Shown: in pieces, positions 44,719 through 55,108 of the stretch
Numbering within the stretch: the stretch's first letter is position 1
Layout of the letters: every line of letters starts with the position of its first letter
Notes under the pieces: model-generated
Database searches by the model: none
Told to the model about the DNA's origin: nothing
Seen by the model: only the letters and a program-made list of their open reading frames with translations
NCBI RefSeq assembly: GCF_015058625.1
Contig: NZ_SVCA01000005.1
Reading direction: 5' to 3' (one strand)
DNA length: 64,000 nucleotides
DNA from: Selenomonas ruminantium
GTDB lineage: Bacteria > Bacillota > Negativicutes > Selenomonadales > Selenomonadaceae
Made by a program: the position numbers and the translations under genes

Positions 44719-45371
44719 AAGCAGTAATTTTCGATATGGACGGGGTCATCATTGACAGCGAACCCATCCACAGCCGGGTGAAAATGGATACCTTCGCGCA
44801 TTTCGGCATTCCCTTTAATGAAGCGGATTTGGTTCATTATATGGGGCGTACAAGTGGTGCTATCTTCCGCGAGACTTTGGCCAAACATGGCCGCACGGAT
44901 ATCAACCCGCAGGATATGGCAGATTATAAGCATGCCCATTATCTGGAAATCTTGCAAAGCGGGGAAATCGCCCCAGTAGAGGGCAGCGTGGAGCTGATAA
45001 AATCCCTGCATGAGGCAGGGATTCCCCTAGCACTTGCCACATCCTCCAATGTGCGAGTGATGAATACGGTGCTGGACAGCTTCGATATCCGCAAGTATTT
45101 TACTTCGATACTCTCCGGCGGGGAACTGCCCGAGAGCAAGCCGAATCCTGCCATCTATTTAATCAGCGCGGAGCGTTTAGCCGTTGAGCCTGCTGACTGT
45201 ATGGTAATTGAGGATACGGAAAACGGTATTCTGGCCGCGAAAAGGGCCGGTATGTTCTGCACTGCTTACCGCAATCCTCACTCTGGCAAGCAGGATTTGT
45301 CCCTGGCCGACAGAGTGGTGGACAGCCTGACGGAAATTGATGTAAAGCAGCTGGATGCGTTCATTAAGTAA
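44706..45371 (+). CDS. HAD-IA family hydrolase (beta-phosphoglucomutase/phosphatase-like)
   Basis: The motifs VIFDMDGVIIDSE, ALATSS and VIEDTENGILAAKRAGM are HAD motifs I-IV. It overlaps the upstream stop by 13 nt. Confidence 0.7.
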   Translation: MQQVKAVIFDMDGVIIDSEPIHSRVKMDTFAHFGIPFNEADLVHYMGRTSGAIFRETLAKHGRTDINPQDMADYKHAHYLEILQSGEIAPVEGSVELIKSLHEAGIPLALATSSNVRVMNTVLDSFDIRKYFTSILSGGELPESKPNPAIYLISAERLAVEPADCMVIEDTENGILAAKRAGMFCTAYRNPHSGKQDLSLADRVVDSLTEIDVKQLDAFIK

Positions 45372-45403
45372 CCTTCCCGCAGGACAAGACGAAAACAATC
45401 AAT

Positions 45404-45452
45404 AAAAGCCCGGATATATGGTTTCTGAAAGAAACCATATATCCGGGCTTTT
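45404..45452. terminator. Bidirectional terminator between the HAD gene and the minus-strand small gene
   Basis: A 22-bp stem AAAAGCCCGGATATATGGTTTC / GAAACCATATATCCGGGCTTTT has A- and T-runs on either side. Confidence 0.7.
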
Positions 45453-45490
45453 CAGCTGCGTATGTTCATCGCAGTCCTGTTGGCTTGGTA

Positions 45491-45766
45491 TTAGATGAAG
45501 CTGAATGCCTTAATCGTGGCATACTGCAGATATTTGTCTGCTTTGGTCGGGTCGCCTTCCAGAATGGCTTTGTGGACGGAAGCGTCCTTGCCTTCGGCGA
45601 TATTCACGCGGCCGGCTGCGACTTCTTCTTCTACCTTGGCCAGAAGTTCCTTGCGGGCTTTCTTGGTGTCATTGTAGATGGTCTTGTTGTAGAAGATGTT
45701 CATGGATTTCTGTGTCTTCTCTTCATCACAGTTGAAGAAGACATAAACTTTCTTTTCGGTTGCCAT
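45491..45766 (-). CDS. Small hypothetical protein (91 aa)
   Basis: A good RBS (GGGGGA) lies upstream of the ATG. The composition is Lys/Glu-rich and protein-like. No family was recognised. Confidence 0.4.
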   Translation of the reverse strand: MATEKKVYVFFNCDEEKTQKSMNIFYNKTIYNDTKKARKELLAKVEEEVAAGRVNIAEGKDASVHKAILEGDPTKADKYLQYATIKAFSFI

Positions 45767-45978
45767 AATGATAATCCCCCTTGAAATACATATAATATTA
45801 TTCCATTTATAAATATGTAACCAATAATGACATTATAACACATTCTGTCAAAAATGATAAATTAAATTGAATCTTCACAGGTGGTTGACAAATAAAACAA
45901 GAAAGAGTAAAGTGAAACTTGTATAGAATTGTAAGAAATTGTAGTCAATTCAGAGTTGAATGACCGGGAGGTATTTTC

Positions 45979-47106
45979 ATGGCAATCATCAAGAAAGAAT
46001 CCTTTGGCAAATTAAGCGATGGTCGTGAGGTGTTTCTCTATACCCTGCGCAACACCAAGGGGACGGAAGTAAAAGTCACCAACTATGGTGCCCGGCTCGT
46101 GAGCTGGAGTACCTATGCCAAAGATTATCAGAAAGTAGATATCGTGCTGGGCTATGCGGATGCACTGACTTATGAGAAAGACGATACCAGCATGGGCGGC
46201 GTTGTGGGCCGTCATGCCAACCGCATTGCCGGCGGCAAGGCCGTCATCAATGGGCAGGAATACCAACTGGATTTGAATACCGGCTCCAAGAATCAGAACC
46301 ATATCCACGGCGGCAGCAAGGGCTTCCATAATGAACTTTGGGATGCAGAGGAAGTCTATGAAGGCGTACGGCTGACCTATCACAGCAAGGATGGGGACGC
46401 AGGTTATCCGGGGAACATGGATGTAGCCGTTATCTATTCGCTGTCTAATGACAATGAGCTGTCCATTAAGTATGAGGCGGTCAGCGACAAGGATACCATC
46501 TGCAACCTGACCAACCACAGCTACTTCAATCTGGATGGCTTTGCATCCCCGTCCATTCTCGACCAGAAAATCCAGATTTTTGCCGACAAGTACACTTGGG
46601 CGGACAGCGAATCCCTGCCGGACGGCCGTATCCTTGATGTAGAGGGCACGCCGATGGATTTGCGCCAGCCGACGAAAATTGGCGCTCATATTGATGACGA
46701 TTTTGACGAGCTCGTTATGGGCAAGGGCTATGACCACAACTGGGTTATCCGTGAGGAACCGGTCAGCGTGGAAATGAAGCCGGGGATGTTCGGCTATGAC
46801 CCGCATTGCCCGATTGATTACCTCAAGGGCGGGCTCAAGAAGGTGGCCTATGCCGAATCGGATAAGAGCGGCCTGACGCTGACCTGTTACAGCGACCTGC
46901 CGGGCGTACAGTTCTATACGGGAAATTTCCTCGAAGGCGGTCTGCCGGGCAAGAAGGGCGTAGAATTTACCAAGCGTTCCGGCTTCTGCCTCGAAACGCA
47001 GTATTTCCCGAATGCGCTGGCTAATCCGAACTTCCCGCAGCCCATCATCAAAGCCGGGGAAAAATGGGAATCCCAGACGATTTTCGTGCTTTGCCCCAAA
47101 GATTAA
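45979..47106 (+). CDS. Aldose 1-epimerase (galactose mutarotase family)
   Basis: The N-terminus KVTNYGARLVSW and a central HGG..GF motif match the family. The size is 375 aa. Confidence 0.7.
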   Translation: MAIIKKESFGKLSDGREVFLYTLRNTKGTEVKVTNYGARLVSWSTYAKDYQKVDIVLGYADALTYEKDDTSMGGVVGRHANRIAGGKAVINGQEYQLDLNTGSKNQNHIHGGSKGFHNELWDAEEVYEGVRLTYHSKDGDAGYPGNMDVAVIYSLSNDNELSIKYEAVSDKDTICNLTNHSYFNLDGFASPSILDQKIQIFADKYTWADSESLPDGRILDVEGTPMDLRQPTKIGAHIDDDFDELVMGKGYDHNWVIREEPVSVEMKPGMFGYDPHCPIDYLKGGLKKVAYAESDKSGLTLTCYSDLPGVQFYTGNFLEGGLPGKKGVEFTKRSGFCLETQYFPNALANPNFPQPIIKAGEKWESQTIFVLCPKD

Positions 47107-47324
47107 CTAAATTTATAATACCAATATGTAATTTTTATTTATTAGTGTCGTAAATGATGGGGAAATATAAAAACATTAATTACGATAATTTTAGTGAATA
47201 CATGCAATGAATAATAAATAGTAGACAAAAACACGAAAAAAGCATACAATATAAACATGAACGAGAACATAAAGCATTTTATCATTCTCGAAAAGGTCAT
47301 ACCAATTTCAGGGAGGCATGTTTG

Positions 47325-48512
47325 ATGAATATTCATGAGTACCAGAGCAAGGCCGTATTGAAAGCCTATGGGGTAGCAGTTCCTGAGGGGCTGCCTGCAT
47401 TCACGGTGGATGAAGCTGTGGAAAATGCCAAGAAAATCGGCACTCCTGTAGTCGTAGTGAAGGCCCAGATTCATGCTGGCGGCCGCGGCAAAGCTGGCGG
47501 TGTCAAGCTGGCCAAGAATCTTGATGAAGTGAAAAATTATGCAAGCGAGTTGCTGGGCAAAACGCTTGTGACCCATCAGACGGGGCCGGAAGGCAAGAAG
47601 GTGGGACGCCTCCTCATCGAAGCTGGTTCCAATATCAAGAAGGAATATTATCTGTCCTTCGTCATTGACCGTCAGACGGCCCGCGTGGTTATGATGGGCT
47701 CCGAAGAAGGCGGTATGGAAATCGAAAAAGTTGCCGCTGAAATGCCGGAGAAGATTTTCAAGGAATACATTGACCCGGTGGTTGGTCTGGCACCGTTCCA
47801 GGCTACCCGCATGGCCTACAATATCAACATTCCGCAGCCGGCCATCCGCAAGGCTACGAAGCTCATGACCTGCCTGTACAACGCTTTTGTTGGCAAGGAC
47901 TGCTCGCTGGCGGAAATCAATCCGCTCGTGGTTACGGCGGAAGATGATGTCATTGCGCTCGATGCCAAGCTGAACTTTGACGACAGTGCGCTGTTCCGTC
48001 ATCCGGATATTGAAGAACTCCGCGATGAAAGCGAAGAAGACCCCAAGGAACGCCGGGCAGCGGAAGCCGGACTCAACTACGTAAACCTTGGCGGCGATGT
48101 AGCCTGCATGGTTAACGGCGCAGGTCTGGCTATGGCTACAGTCGATATCATCAAACACTATGGCGGTGAGCCGGCCAACTTCCTCGATGTGGGCGGCGAT
48201 TCCTCGCCGGAAAAGATTGCCGAAGCCTTCCAGATTATGCTGGACGGCGGTCAGGCCAAGGGCATTTTCGTCAATATCTTCGGCGGCATCAACCGCTGTG
48301 ATGCAGTAGCAGCTGGTATTGTCGAAGCAGCCAAGATTATCTCGGATGATGGCAAGTCCCTGCCGGTTCCTGTAGTTGTGCGCTTAGAGGGCACCAATGT
48401 GGAACAGGGCCGCAAGATTTTGCAGGATTCTCCGATTGCCAACGTCATCATGGCCCCGACCATGGAGGGCGGCGCGGAAGAAATCGTAAAACGTGTCAAA
48501 GCAGCACAGTAA
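47325..48512 (+). CDS. sucC: Succinyl-CoA synthetase beta subunit SucC
   Basis: ATG at 47325 has a GGGAGG RBS. The ATP-grasp N-terminus is [22 protein letters not shown]. Confidence 0.85.
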   Translation: MNIHEYQSKAVLKAYGVAVPEGLPAFTVDEAVENAKKIGTPVVVVKAQIHAGGRGKAGGVKLAKNLDEVKNYASELLGKTLVTHQTGPEGKKVGRLLIEAGSNIKKEYYLSFVIDRQTARVVMMGSEEGGMEIEKVAAEMPEKIFKEYIDPVVGLAPFQATRMAYNINIPQPAIRKATKLMTCLYNAFVGKDCSLAEINPLVVTAEDDVIALDAKLNFDDSALFRHPDIEELRDESEEDPKERRAAEAGLNYVNLGGDVACMVNGAGLAMATVDIIKHYGGEPANFLDVGGDSSPEKIAEAFQIMLDGGQAKGIFVNIFGGINRCDAVAAGIVEAAKIISDDGKSLPVPVVVRLEGTNVEQGRKILQDSPIANVIMAPTMEGGAEEIVKRVKAAQ

Positions 48513-48526
48513 GGGAGGCCATCTAA

Positions 48527-49432
48527 ATGGGTGTTTTAGTTAATAAAGATACAAAGGTAATCGTACAGGGCATTACGGGCAAACAGGCCACCTTCCATAC
48601 GAAGCAGATGCTGGCCTATGGCACGAAGATTGTCGCTGGTGTAACGCCGGGCAAAGCCGGGCAGGAGGTAGAAGGTGTTCCCGTATTCAACACCGTTAAG
48701 GACGCAGTGGACGCAACAGGGGCTACGGCCTCCGTGGTCTATGTACCCGCAAGGTTCGCCGCTGACTCCATCATGGAAGGTGTGGATGCCGGACTGGATT
48801 TGGTAGTCTGCATTACGGAGCATATTCCTGTACAGGATATGGTCAAGGTTCGCCGCTATATGGAAGGCAAGAAGACCCGCCTGATTGGGCCGAACTGCCC
48901 GGGCATTCTGACCACGGACGAATGCAAACTGGGCATTATTCCGGGCAATATCCAGAAAAAAGGCCATGTAGGTCTTGTTTCCCGCTCCGGAACCCTGACC
49001 TATGAAGCAGCTTTTCAGCTTATGAACGCCGGAATTGGTGTGACGACTGCTATCGGTATCGGCGGTGACCCGGTCAAGGGCACGGACTTTATCGATGCGC
49101 TGGAACTCTTCAAGAACGACCCCGAAACCAAGGCGGTGCTGATGATTGGTGAAATCGGCGGTACGGCTGAAGAAGACGCCGCCAAATGGATCAAGGAAAA
49201 CATGCCAGACAAACCGGTAGCTGCCTTCATCTCCGGCCGTCAGGCGCCTCCGGGAAAACGCATGGGCCATGCCGGTGCCATTATCTCCGGCGGCAAAGGT
49301 ACGGCTGCCGATAAGATTAAGGCCCTCAACGGCGTAGGCATTGAAGTGGCCGACACTGTAGCCCATATCGGCGCAACGGTTGTCGATACGCTGAAAAAAG
49401 CAGGTATTTACGACGAGTGCCATACTTGCTGA
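48527..49432 (+). CDS. sucD: Succinyl-CoA synthetase alpha subunit SucD
   Basis: Motifs include [34 protein letters not shown]. The active-site His region is [14 protein letters not shown]. Confidence 0.85.
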   Translation: MGVLVNKDTKVIVQGITGKQATFHTKQMLAYGTKIVAGVTPGKAGQEVEGVPVFNTVKDAVDATGATASVVYVPARFAADSIMEGVDAGLDLVVCITEHIPVQDMVKVRRYMEGKKTRLIGPNCPGILTTDECKLGIIPGNIQKKGHVGLVSRSGTLTYEAAFQLMNAGIGVTTAIGIGGDPVKGTDFIDALELFKNDPETKAVLMIGEIGGTAEEDAAKWIKENMPDKPVAAFISGRQAPPGKRMGHAGAIISGGKGTAADKIKALNGVGIEVADTVAHIGATVVDTLKKAGIYDECHTC

Positions 49433-49440
49433 TAAATAGA

Positions 49441-49486
49441 GACAATAAAAAAATCGCTGGACGAAAGTCCAGCGATTTTTATTGTC
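49441..49486. terminator. Bidirectional terminator (long perfect palindrome) between sucD and ldh
   Basis: GACAATAAAAAAATCGCTGGAC-GAAA-GTCCAGCGATTTTTATTGTC. Confidence 0.75.
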
Positions 49487-49508
49487 TGCATATAAGCAAC
49501 AAATGAAA

Positions 49509-50465
49509 TTATTTGATGCCAGCGCCATCGAGAGCGGAACGAACGCTCTGAGCAGCTTTGTGCATCTTTTCGAGTTCATCGTCAGTGAGGTGAACTTCGA
49601 AGGAGCGCATGATACCATCAGCGCAAACCATACGAGGAATGGACAGAGCCACATCCTTGATGCCATATTCGCCTTCGAGAACTGCGGAGCAGGGGAGAAT
49701 CGTGTGTTCATCATAGAGAACGGACTTGATGAAGCGGCAGGCAGCCATAGCGATACCGGTGTTCGTGAAGCCCTTCTTGTTGATAACATCGTAAGCAACC
49801 TGCACGAGTTCCTGTTCAACAGCTTCGTGGCTGAGTTTTTCCGTACGATGGAAATATTCATCCAGATCATCAATGGGGAAACCAGCGCAGCCAGTCGTGG
49901 ACCAGGCAACGAAAGCAGCGTTGCCGTGTTCACCGAGAACATAACCGTTGATGTTCTTCGGGTCAACCTGGTACTTGTCAGCCAGGATGCGACGGAAACG
50001 ATAGGTTTCGAGCATCGTACCGGTACCGAGGATGAGGTTGCGCGGATAATCGAACTGCGTGGAAACAACATAAGTAGCAACGTCAAGCGGGTTGGTGATC
50101 ATGATGATCATAGCTTCCTTCGTGCGCTTAACGATTTCGCCCATTACGGAGCTCATGATCTTAGCGTTGGTGCCAGCCAGCTTCAGGCGGTCCGGAGTTT
50201 CACCCGGGCGGATGGACGGGCCTGCCGTGATAACGATGATGTTTGCATCTTTGCAGTCTTCATAGTCACCGAGGTGGAACTTGATGTTCGTGCTGTAGAT
50301 GCAGCTCGTTGCATGGCTGGAGTCCTTAGCTTCGCCCCAAGCCTTGTCTTCGTTGAGGTCGATGAGGACTACTTCCGTAGCCAGCTGGAAGTCAGCGATT
50401 TTGTTGGCAACTGCGGAGCCAACGTTGCTGGCGCCGATGACGACGATTTTTCTTCTGTTGTTCAT
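49509..50465 (-). CDS. ldh: L-lactate/malate dehydrogenase family (Ldh-like)
   Basis: The Rossmann motif is KIVVIGASNVGSAVA. ITAG and GEHG motifs follow. The size is 318 aa. Confidence 0.7.
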   Translation of the reverse strand: MNNRRKIVVIGASNVGSAVANKIADFQLATEVVLIDLNEDKAWGEAKDSSHATSCIYSTNIKFHLGDYEDCKDANIIVITAGPSIRPGETPDRLKLAGTNAKIMSSVMGEIVKRTKEAMIIMITNPLDVATYVVSTQFDYPRNLILGTGTMLETYRFRRILADKYQVDPKNINGYVLGEHGNAAFVAWSTTGCAGFPIDDLDEYFHRTEKLSHEAVEQELVQVAYDVINKKGFTNTGIAMAACRFIKSVLYDEHTILPCSAVLEGEYGIKDVALSIPRMVCADGIMRSFEVHLTDDELEKMHKAAQSVRSALDGAGIK

Positions 50466-50748
50466 TTTGTTATTACCCCCTGAATCAAATTGTGAAATAT
50501 ATCCCTAAGTCGAGTTAATGGTAGCACTATTAAGACCTAGTGTCAACAAGTATTTGCAAAGAAACAAAAGCAATATTTTTCGCAAAATTAGTGTAACTGT
50601 CAAAAATGACGGGAAAATGTGTAAATTTGTCAGACCTGCGGGAAAGCCGTAGATTTTTTATAAGAGGCGGTTGTATTTGCAGGTTATTTATTATATATTA
50701 TAGATTGTTACTTTGATTGGCTGACTTCGGAAGGAGATTGTTTGACAT

Positions 50749-51771
50749 ATGTTTGGGATGTCTTTAGATATTGGTATTGACTTGGGCACGGCTAACGTGC
50801 TGGTATATGTAAAGGGCAAGGGCATTGTGCTGCGGGAGCCCTCTGTTGTGGCTGTGGACCGCGATACGAACCGGGTGCTGGCTATCGGTGAGGAAGCACG
50901 CCAGATGATTGGCCGTACGCCGGGCAACATCGTGGCTATCCGCCCCCTGCGGGAAGGTGTTATCGCCGACTACGACATCACGGAGAGCATGCTGCGCCAC
51001 TTCATTGAAAAGGTGGTGGGCCGCCGTTTCGTATTCCGTCCCCGCATCATGATTTGCATTCCTTCGGGCTGCACCATGGTGGAACAGCGTGCGGTGCAGG
51101 AAGCTGCTGAGCAGGCTGGTGCCCGTCATACCCAGCTCATTGAAGAACCGCTGGCCGCCGCTTTGGGCGCCGGGCTTGACATCGTGGAACCGCGCGGCTC
51201 CATGGTTGTGGATATCGGCGGCGGCACTACGGATATCGCCGTGATTTCTCTGGGCGGCATTGTGACGAGCGCCTCCCTCCGCGTGGCCGGTGACAAGTTC
51301 GACGAGGATATCGCTGCTTTCGTGAAGAAGGAATTCAACATCATGATTGGCGAGCGTACCGCTGAGGAAATCAAGATGCGTGTAGGCGCGGCTTTTGCTG
51401 GTGCGCGCAATGAAATCATGGATGTGCGTGGCCGCGATATGCTCTCCGGTCTGCCGAAGAACGTGCAGATTACCACGGCACAGGCAGCAGAAGCCACCCA
51501 TGACAGCGTGACGAAAATCGTCAACTGCGTCAAGAAGGTGCTGGAGGACACACCGCCGGAACTGTCAGCAGACGTGATGAACTGCGGTATTGTGCTTACG
51601 GGCGGCGGCGCAATGCTCTACGGTCTGGATGAGCTGATTCGCCGTGAAACGGATATTCCCACGGCCCTGGCAGAAGATGCCATGAGCTGCGTGGCTATCG
51701 GCTGCGGCATGGCTCTGGACAGCTTTAATAAATTTGACGGCAAAGCTCGCAATGTAAAGACTGGACGATAA
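50749..51771 (+). CDS. mreB: Rod shape-determining actin homolog MreB/Mbl
   Basis: The motifs IGIDLGTANVLVYVKGKGIV and DIGGGTTDIAV place it in the actin/Hsp70 fold. Confidence 0.85.
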   Translation: MFGMSLDIGIDLGTANVLVYVKGKGIVLREPSVVAVDRDTNRVLAIGEEARQMIGRTPGNIVAIRPLREGVIADYDITESMLRHFIEKVVGRRFVFRPRIMICIPSGCTMVEQRAVQEAAEQAGARHTQLIEEPLAAALGAGLDIVEPRGSMVVDIGGGTTDIAVISLGGIVTSASLRVAGDKFDEDIAAFVKKEFNIMIGERTAEEIKMRVGAAFAGARNEIMDVRGRDMLSGLPKNVQITTAQAAEATHDSVTKIVNCVKKVLEDTPPELSADVMNCGIVLTGGGAMLYGLDELIRRETDIPTALAEDAMSCVAIGCGMALDSFNKFDGKARNVKTGR

Positions 51772-51790
51772 AAAATATATTTTTTTGACA

Positions 51791-51823
51791 AAGGCGAAAC
51801 TCGAAAGGAGTTTCGCCTTTTTG
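51791..51823 (+). terminator. Rho-independent terminator after mreB
   Basis: The stem AAGGCGAAACTC / GAGTTTCGCCTT is followed by TTTTG. Confidence 0.7.
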
Positions 51824-51925
51824 CGCGAAATATACAGGCAAGAAGAAGTATGGAAATGTCTTCCTCTATGGAGGAAGGTGTCGAGCATATGCGAGACGGA
51901 TGAGGTTTTAAGGGAGTGACAGATT

Positions 51926-52726
51926 ATGTGGCGTGGCCTATACACAGCAGGCGCGGGGATGATTACAGAGACTAAGCGTACAGATACGCTGGCCAACAAT
52001 CTTGCCAATGCCAATACTACCGGCTTCAAACGCGATGAAGCCATCAGCCGGGAGTTCCATCCCATGCTGATTAAACGCATCAACGACGGAATTAATCATA
52101 ATGACGTAACCAGTTTCAAGCAGTTCCATGTCGGGGAACAGTATCCTGTGGTGGGTACTTTGGGGCTGGGTTCTTATATTGACGAAATTGCCACCGAGCA
52201 CAGCCAGGGGGCCTTTGAAACCACGGGAAATCCTTTGGATTTGGCCATTTCCGGCAACGGCTATTTTGCCATCCAGACACCAAACGGGGTGCGCTATACC
52301 CGTGACGGCAACTTCTATAAATCGGCCCGAGGCGAGATTCAGACCGTGAATGGTCAGACGGTGCTCGGGCGCAACGGGCGCGGCATCACCATCCCGCAGA
52401 ACACGGTCAGCATTATGGTGGGCAGTAAGGGCGAAGTCTACGCCGACAATGTGCAGATTGGCCAGCTGCAGTTCGTGCAGTTCAACAACCGCCGGGCGGT
52501 GCTCAAACAGGGGAATAATCTCTATTATCCGCAGGAAGGCGCGCAGCCACAGCCTGCGACAGGGGAGATTCAGCAGGGACTGTTGGAGCGCTCCAATACC
52601 AATGTGGTGTCGGAGATGGTGGAGCTTATCAATAATTACCGCATGTACGAAGCTGGCTCCAAGGCAGTTACGACCCAGGATGCGATGCTGGATAAATCGG
52701 TAAATGATGTAGGTCGTTTAACCTGA
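51926..52726 (+). CDS. flgF: Flagellar basal-body rod protein FlgF/FlhO-like
   Basis: The N-terminal rod motif is MWRGLYTAGAGM...LANNLANANTTGF. The C-terminal motif is NNYRMYEAGSKA. Confidence 0.7.
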   Translation: MWRGLYTAGAGMITETKRTDTLANNLANANTTGFKRDEAISREFHPMLIKRINDGINHNDVTSFKQFHVGEQYPVVGTLGLGSYIDEIATEHSQGAFETTGNPLDLAISGNGYFAIQTPNGVRYTRDGNFYKSARGEIQTVNGQTVLGRNGRGITIPQNTVSIMVGSKGEVYADNVQIGQLQFVQFNNRRAVLKQGNNLYYPQEGAQPQPATGEIQQGLLERSNTNVVSEMVELINNYRMYEAGSKAVTTQDAMLDKSVNDVGRLT

Positions 52727-52887
52727 TTTTTATTTAAGTTTTTTGAGGGTTTGTTCGATATATATTGGAGAGGTTTGAAAACGCGGACTGAAATCACATC
52801 ACGTGATTTACGTCCGCCTGCGCCCTTCCTTGGGCGCTGGGCAACGATATAGCATTATCGTTTTGTGGTGTAAGGAGGTAGCTCGTT

Positions 52888-53679
52888 ATGATGAGAGCAC
52901 TTTGGTCGGCAGCTTCGGGGATGAAGGGGCAGCAGACGAATATGGATGTTATTGCCAATAATATTGCCAATGTAAATACATATGGCGGCAAGAAGGTTCG
53001 GGCGGAGTTTCAGGATTTGATTTATCAGACTTTGCGTGATGCCGGGGCACAGAGCGGGCAGGATAATCAGTATCCTACCGGCCTGCAGATTGGCTTGGGT
53101 ACTCGTGTTGCGGCTACGCAGCGCGTAATCACCCAGGGGCCGCTGCAGACGACGGAAAATCCCACGGATGTGGGCATTCAGGGGGAAGGTTATTTCCGTG
53201 TGACTTTGCCGGATGGCACCACGGGGTATACCCGTGATGGCTCCTTTAAGCTGGATTCCCAGCGGCGCCTTGTGACCTCTGACGGCTATCTGTTGGCAGA
53301 TGGTATCACCTTTGCGCAAAATTCCCCGGTGGACTCCATCGTTATTGCCGGAGACGGTACTGTATCCGAAACGCCTGCTGGCGGTACGCAGCAGAATGTG
53401 GGGCAGATTACGCTGGCGCGTTTTGTAAACCCTGCCGGCCTTACGGCTATCGGCAAGAATCTCTTTATCGTGTCCGAGGCTTCCGGTCAGCCTATTGAAG
53501 GCAACCCCGGTACGGACGGGGCCGGAACGCTTACTCAGGGCACGTTGGAAATGAGCAATGTGCAGATTGTGGAGGAAATGGTCAATATGATTGTTTCCCA
53601 GCGTGCTTATGAGTCTAATTCCAAGGCCATCACCACTTCCGATTCGATGCTGGAAATTGCCAACGGGCTTAAACGCTGA
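52888..53679 (+). CDS. flgG: Flagellar distal rod protein FlgG
   Basis: An AAGGAGGT RBS precedes the ATG. The N-terminus is MMRALWSAASGM...IANNIANVNTYGGK. The C-terminus is VSQRAYESNSKAIT. Confidence 0.8.
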   Translation: MMRALWSAASGMKGQQTNMDVIANNIANVNTYGGKKVRAEFQDLIYQTLRDAGAQSGQDNQYPTGLQIGLGTRVAATQRVITQGPLQTTENPTDVGIQGEGYFRVTLPDGTTGYTRDGSFKLDSQRRLVTSDGYLLADGITFAQNSPVDSIVIAGDGTVSETPAGGTQQNVGQITLARFVNPAGLTAIGKNLFIVSEASGQPIEGNPGTDGAGTLTQGTLEMSNVQIVEEMVNMIVSQRAYESNSKAITTSDSMLEIANGLKR

Positions 53680-54461
53680 TGAATATTAAGAGGAGCCGCC
53701 CAGCCATTCGCAGCATACTCTGTATGCTATGGAGTGGCTTCTTCTGTCTGTTAGCCCTTGCTTTTTCGCCGCAGGCAGAAGCTGTTTATGGCGGCCATAT
53801 GCAGGCGGATGTATTCCCACAGACGATAAGTTCCCAGAAGCTGGCAGGGATTGCGCGGCAGCAGCTGGAACTGGAACTTTATAAGGCCGGGGAGAAGCGG
53901 CGGCATGTGCTGACGCTGACCAATGCACCCAGTGATATGCGGCTGCCGGCCGGGAAACTGCGCTATGAGGCAGAACTTCCCGGGCCACTTCGTTACGGCA
54001 ATGTTCAGCCGGTTCATATTCGCCTGTTACTGGATGAAAAACTCTACCGTCGGGTAGTCTGCTATTACCGGGTGCAGGTGTTTGACAAGGTGCTGGTGGC
54101 GGGGACGGATTTGGCTTTGGAAAAAGCCATCGCGCCGAATGCCGTGCACTTGGAGGAGCGGGAAGTCCATGGCGGGCAGGGCCGCTATCTTTCCTCGTTT
54201 GAGGATATTGCCGGGCGGGTTCCTGTGCGTTATATCCATATGGGACAGCCTTTGGAGCAGAATATGCTGCAAAATCCCGTGGTGATGCAGGCGGGCACGC
54301 CTGTAAAGCTCGTGACCAGATATAAGGGCATAGAGGTCAGTGCCAATGGCATTGCCATGCAGAAGGGCCGTGTGGGGGGCAGGATAAAGGTACGCAATGC
54401 CAATTCCTCCCGGATTCTGCAGGGCAAGGTAGTGGATGCTGCGACCGTGGAGATAGAGTGA
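53679..54461 (+). CDS. flgA: Flagellar P-ring assembly chaperone FlgA (SAF domain)
   Basis: It has a signal peptide. The C-terminal SAF-like segment is ...VTRYKGIEVSANGIAMQKGRVGGRIKVRNANSSRILQGKVVD. Its position after flgG and before flgH-flgI supports the call. Confidence 0.6.
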   Translation: MNIKRSRPAIRSILCMLWSGFFCLLALAFSPQAEAVYGGHMQADVFPQTISSQKLAGIARQQLELELYKAGEKRRHVLTLTNAPSDMRLPAGKLRYEAELPGPLRYGNVQPVHIRLLLDEKLYRRVVCYYRVQVFDKVLVAGTDLALEKAIAPNAVHLEEREVHGGQGRYLSSFEDIAGRVPVRYIHMGQPLEQNMLQNPVVMQAGTPVKLVTRYKGIEVSANGIAMQKGRVGGRIKVRNANSSRILQGKVVDAATVEIE

Positions 54462-54477
54462 CAGAAAAAGGCAGGTA

Positions 54478-55089
54478 GTGACTATGAAGAATAAATATAA
54501 GCGGCAGATTGCTCTGGCTCTGGCGGCAGGAGGCCTTTTCTATGCACTGGCTCCGGCCACTGTGGATGCGCAATCTTTATGGGCGGCAGATGGAGGCAAG
54601 ATTCGCAGTGTCTTTGCTGACCGCAAGGCCCAGGATGTGGGAGATATCCTCACCATTGTCATCAGTGAGTCCACCAGCATTTCGGATACCCGCTCCAATT
54701 CCAACAGCAAGAGCGGGAAGTCATCGCTGGATGCTGGCGTTGGCATTTTTGACTTCATCAAAGCGGCTTCCATTGGCGGTTCGGATTCCTTTAAGGCCGA
54801 TGGGTCGGCATCTTCAAGAAATACTACCAATGCCAATGTGACGGTGACGGTGGTGGATGTGCAGCCCAACGGCAATCTGGTGCTGGAAGGTACCCAGTCC
54901 ATCTGGAACAACAAGAATGAACACAAGATTACCTTCAAGGGGATATGCCGTCCGGAAGATGTGACCGCTAACAATACCATTCCCTCAACGAAGATTGCGG
55001 GAGCCACGGTGCGGTTTGACGGCAAGGGTCCCCTGAACGCAAAACAGCGGCAGGGCATTTTGACGCAGATATTCAACTTCTTGTTCTAA
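54478..55089 (+). CDS. flgH: Flagellar L-ring lipoprotein FlgH
   Basis: It has an N-terminal signal sequence. The conserved core is DILTIVISESTS...QPNGNLVLEGTQSIWNNKNEHKITFKGICRPEDV. The alternative ATG at 54484 is in the same frame. Confidence 0.75.
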   Translation: MTMKNKYKRQIALALAAGGLFYALAPATVDAQSLWAADGGKIRSVFADRKAQDVGDILTIVISESTSISDTRSNSNSKSGKSSLDAGVGIFDFIKAASIGGSDSFKADGSASSRNTTNANVTVTVVDVQPNGNLVLEGTQSIWNNKNEHKITFKGICRPEDVTANNTIPSTKIAGATVRFDGKGPLNAKQRQGILTQIFNFLF

Positions 55090-55108
55090 CAGGATACGGA
55101 GGCTATTT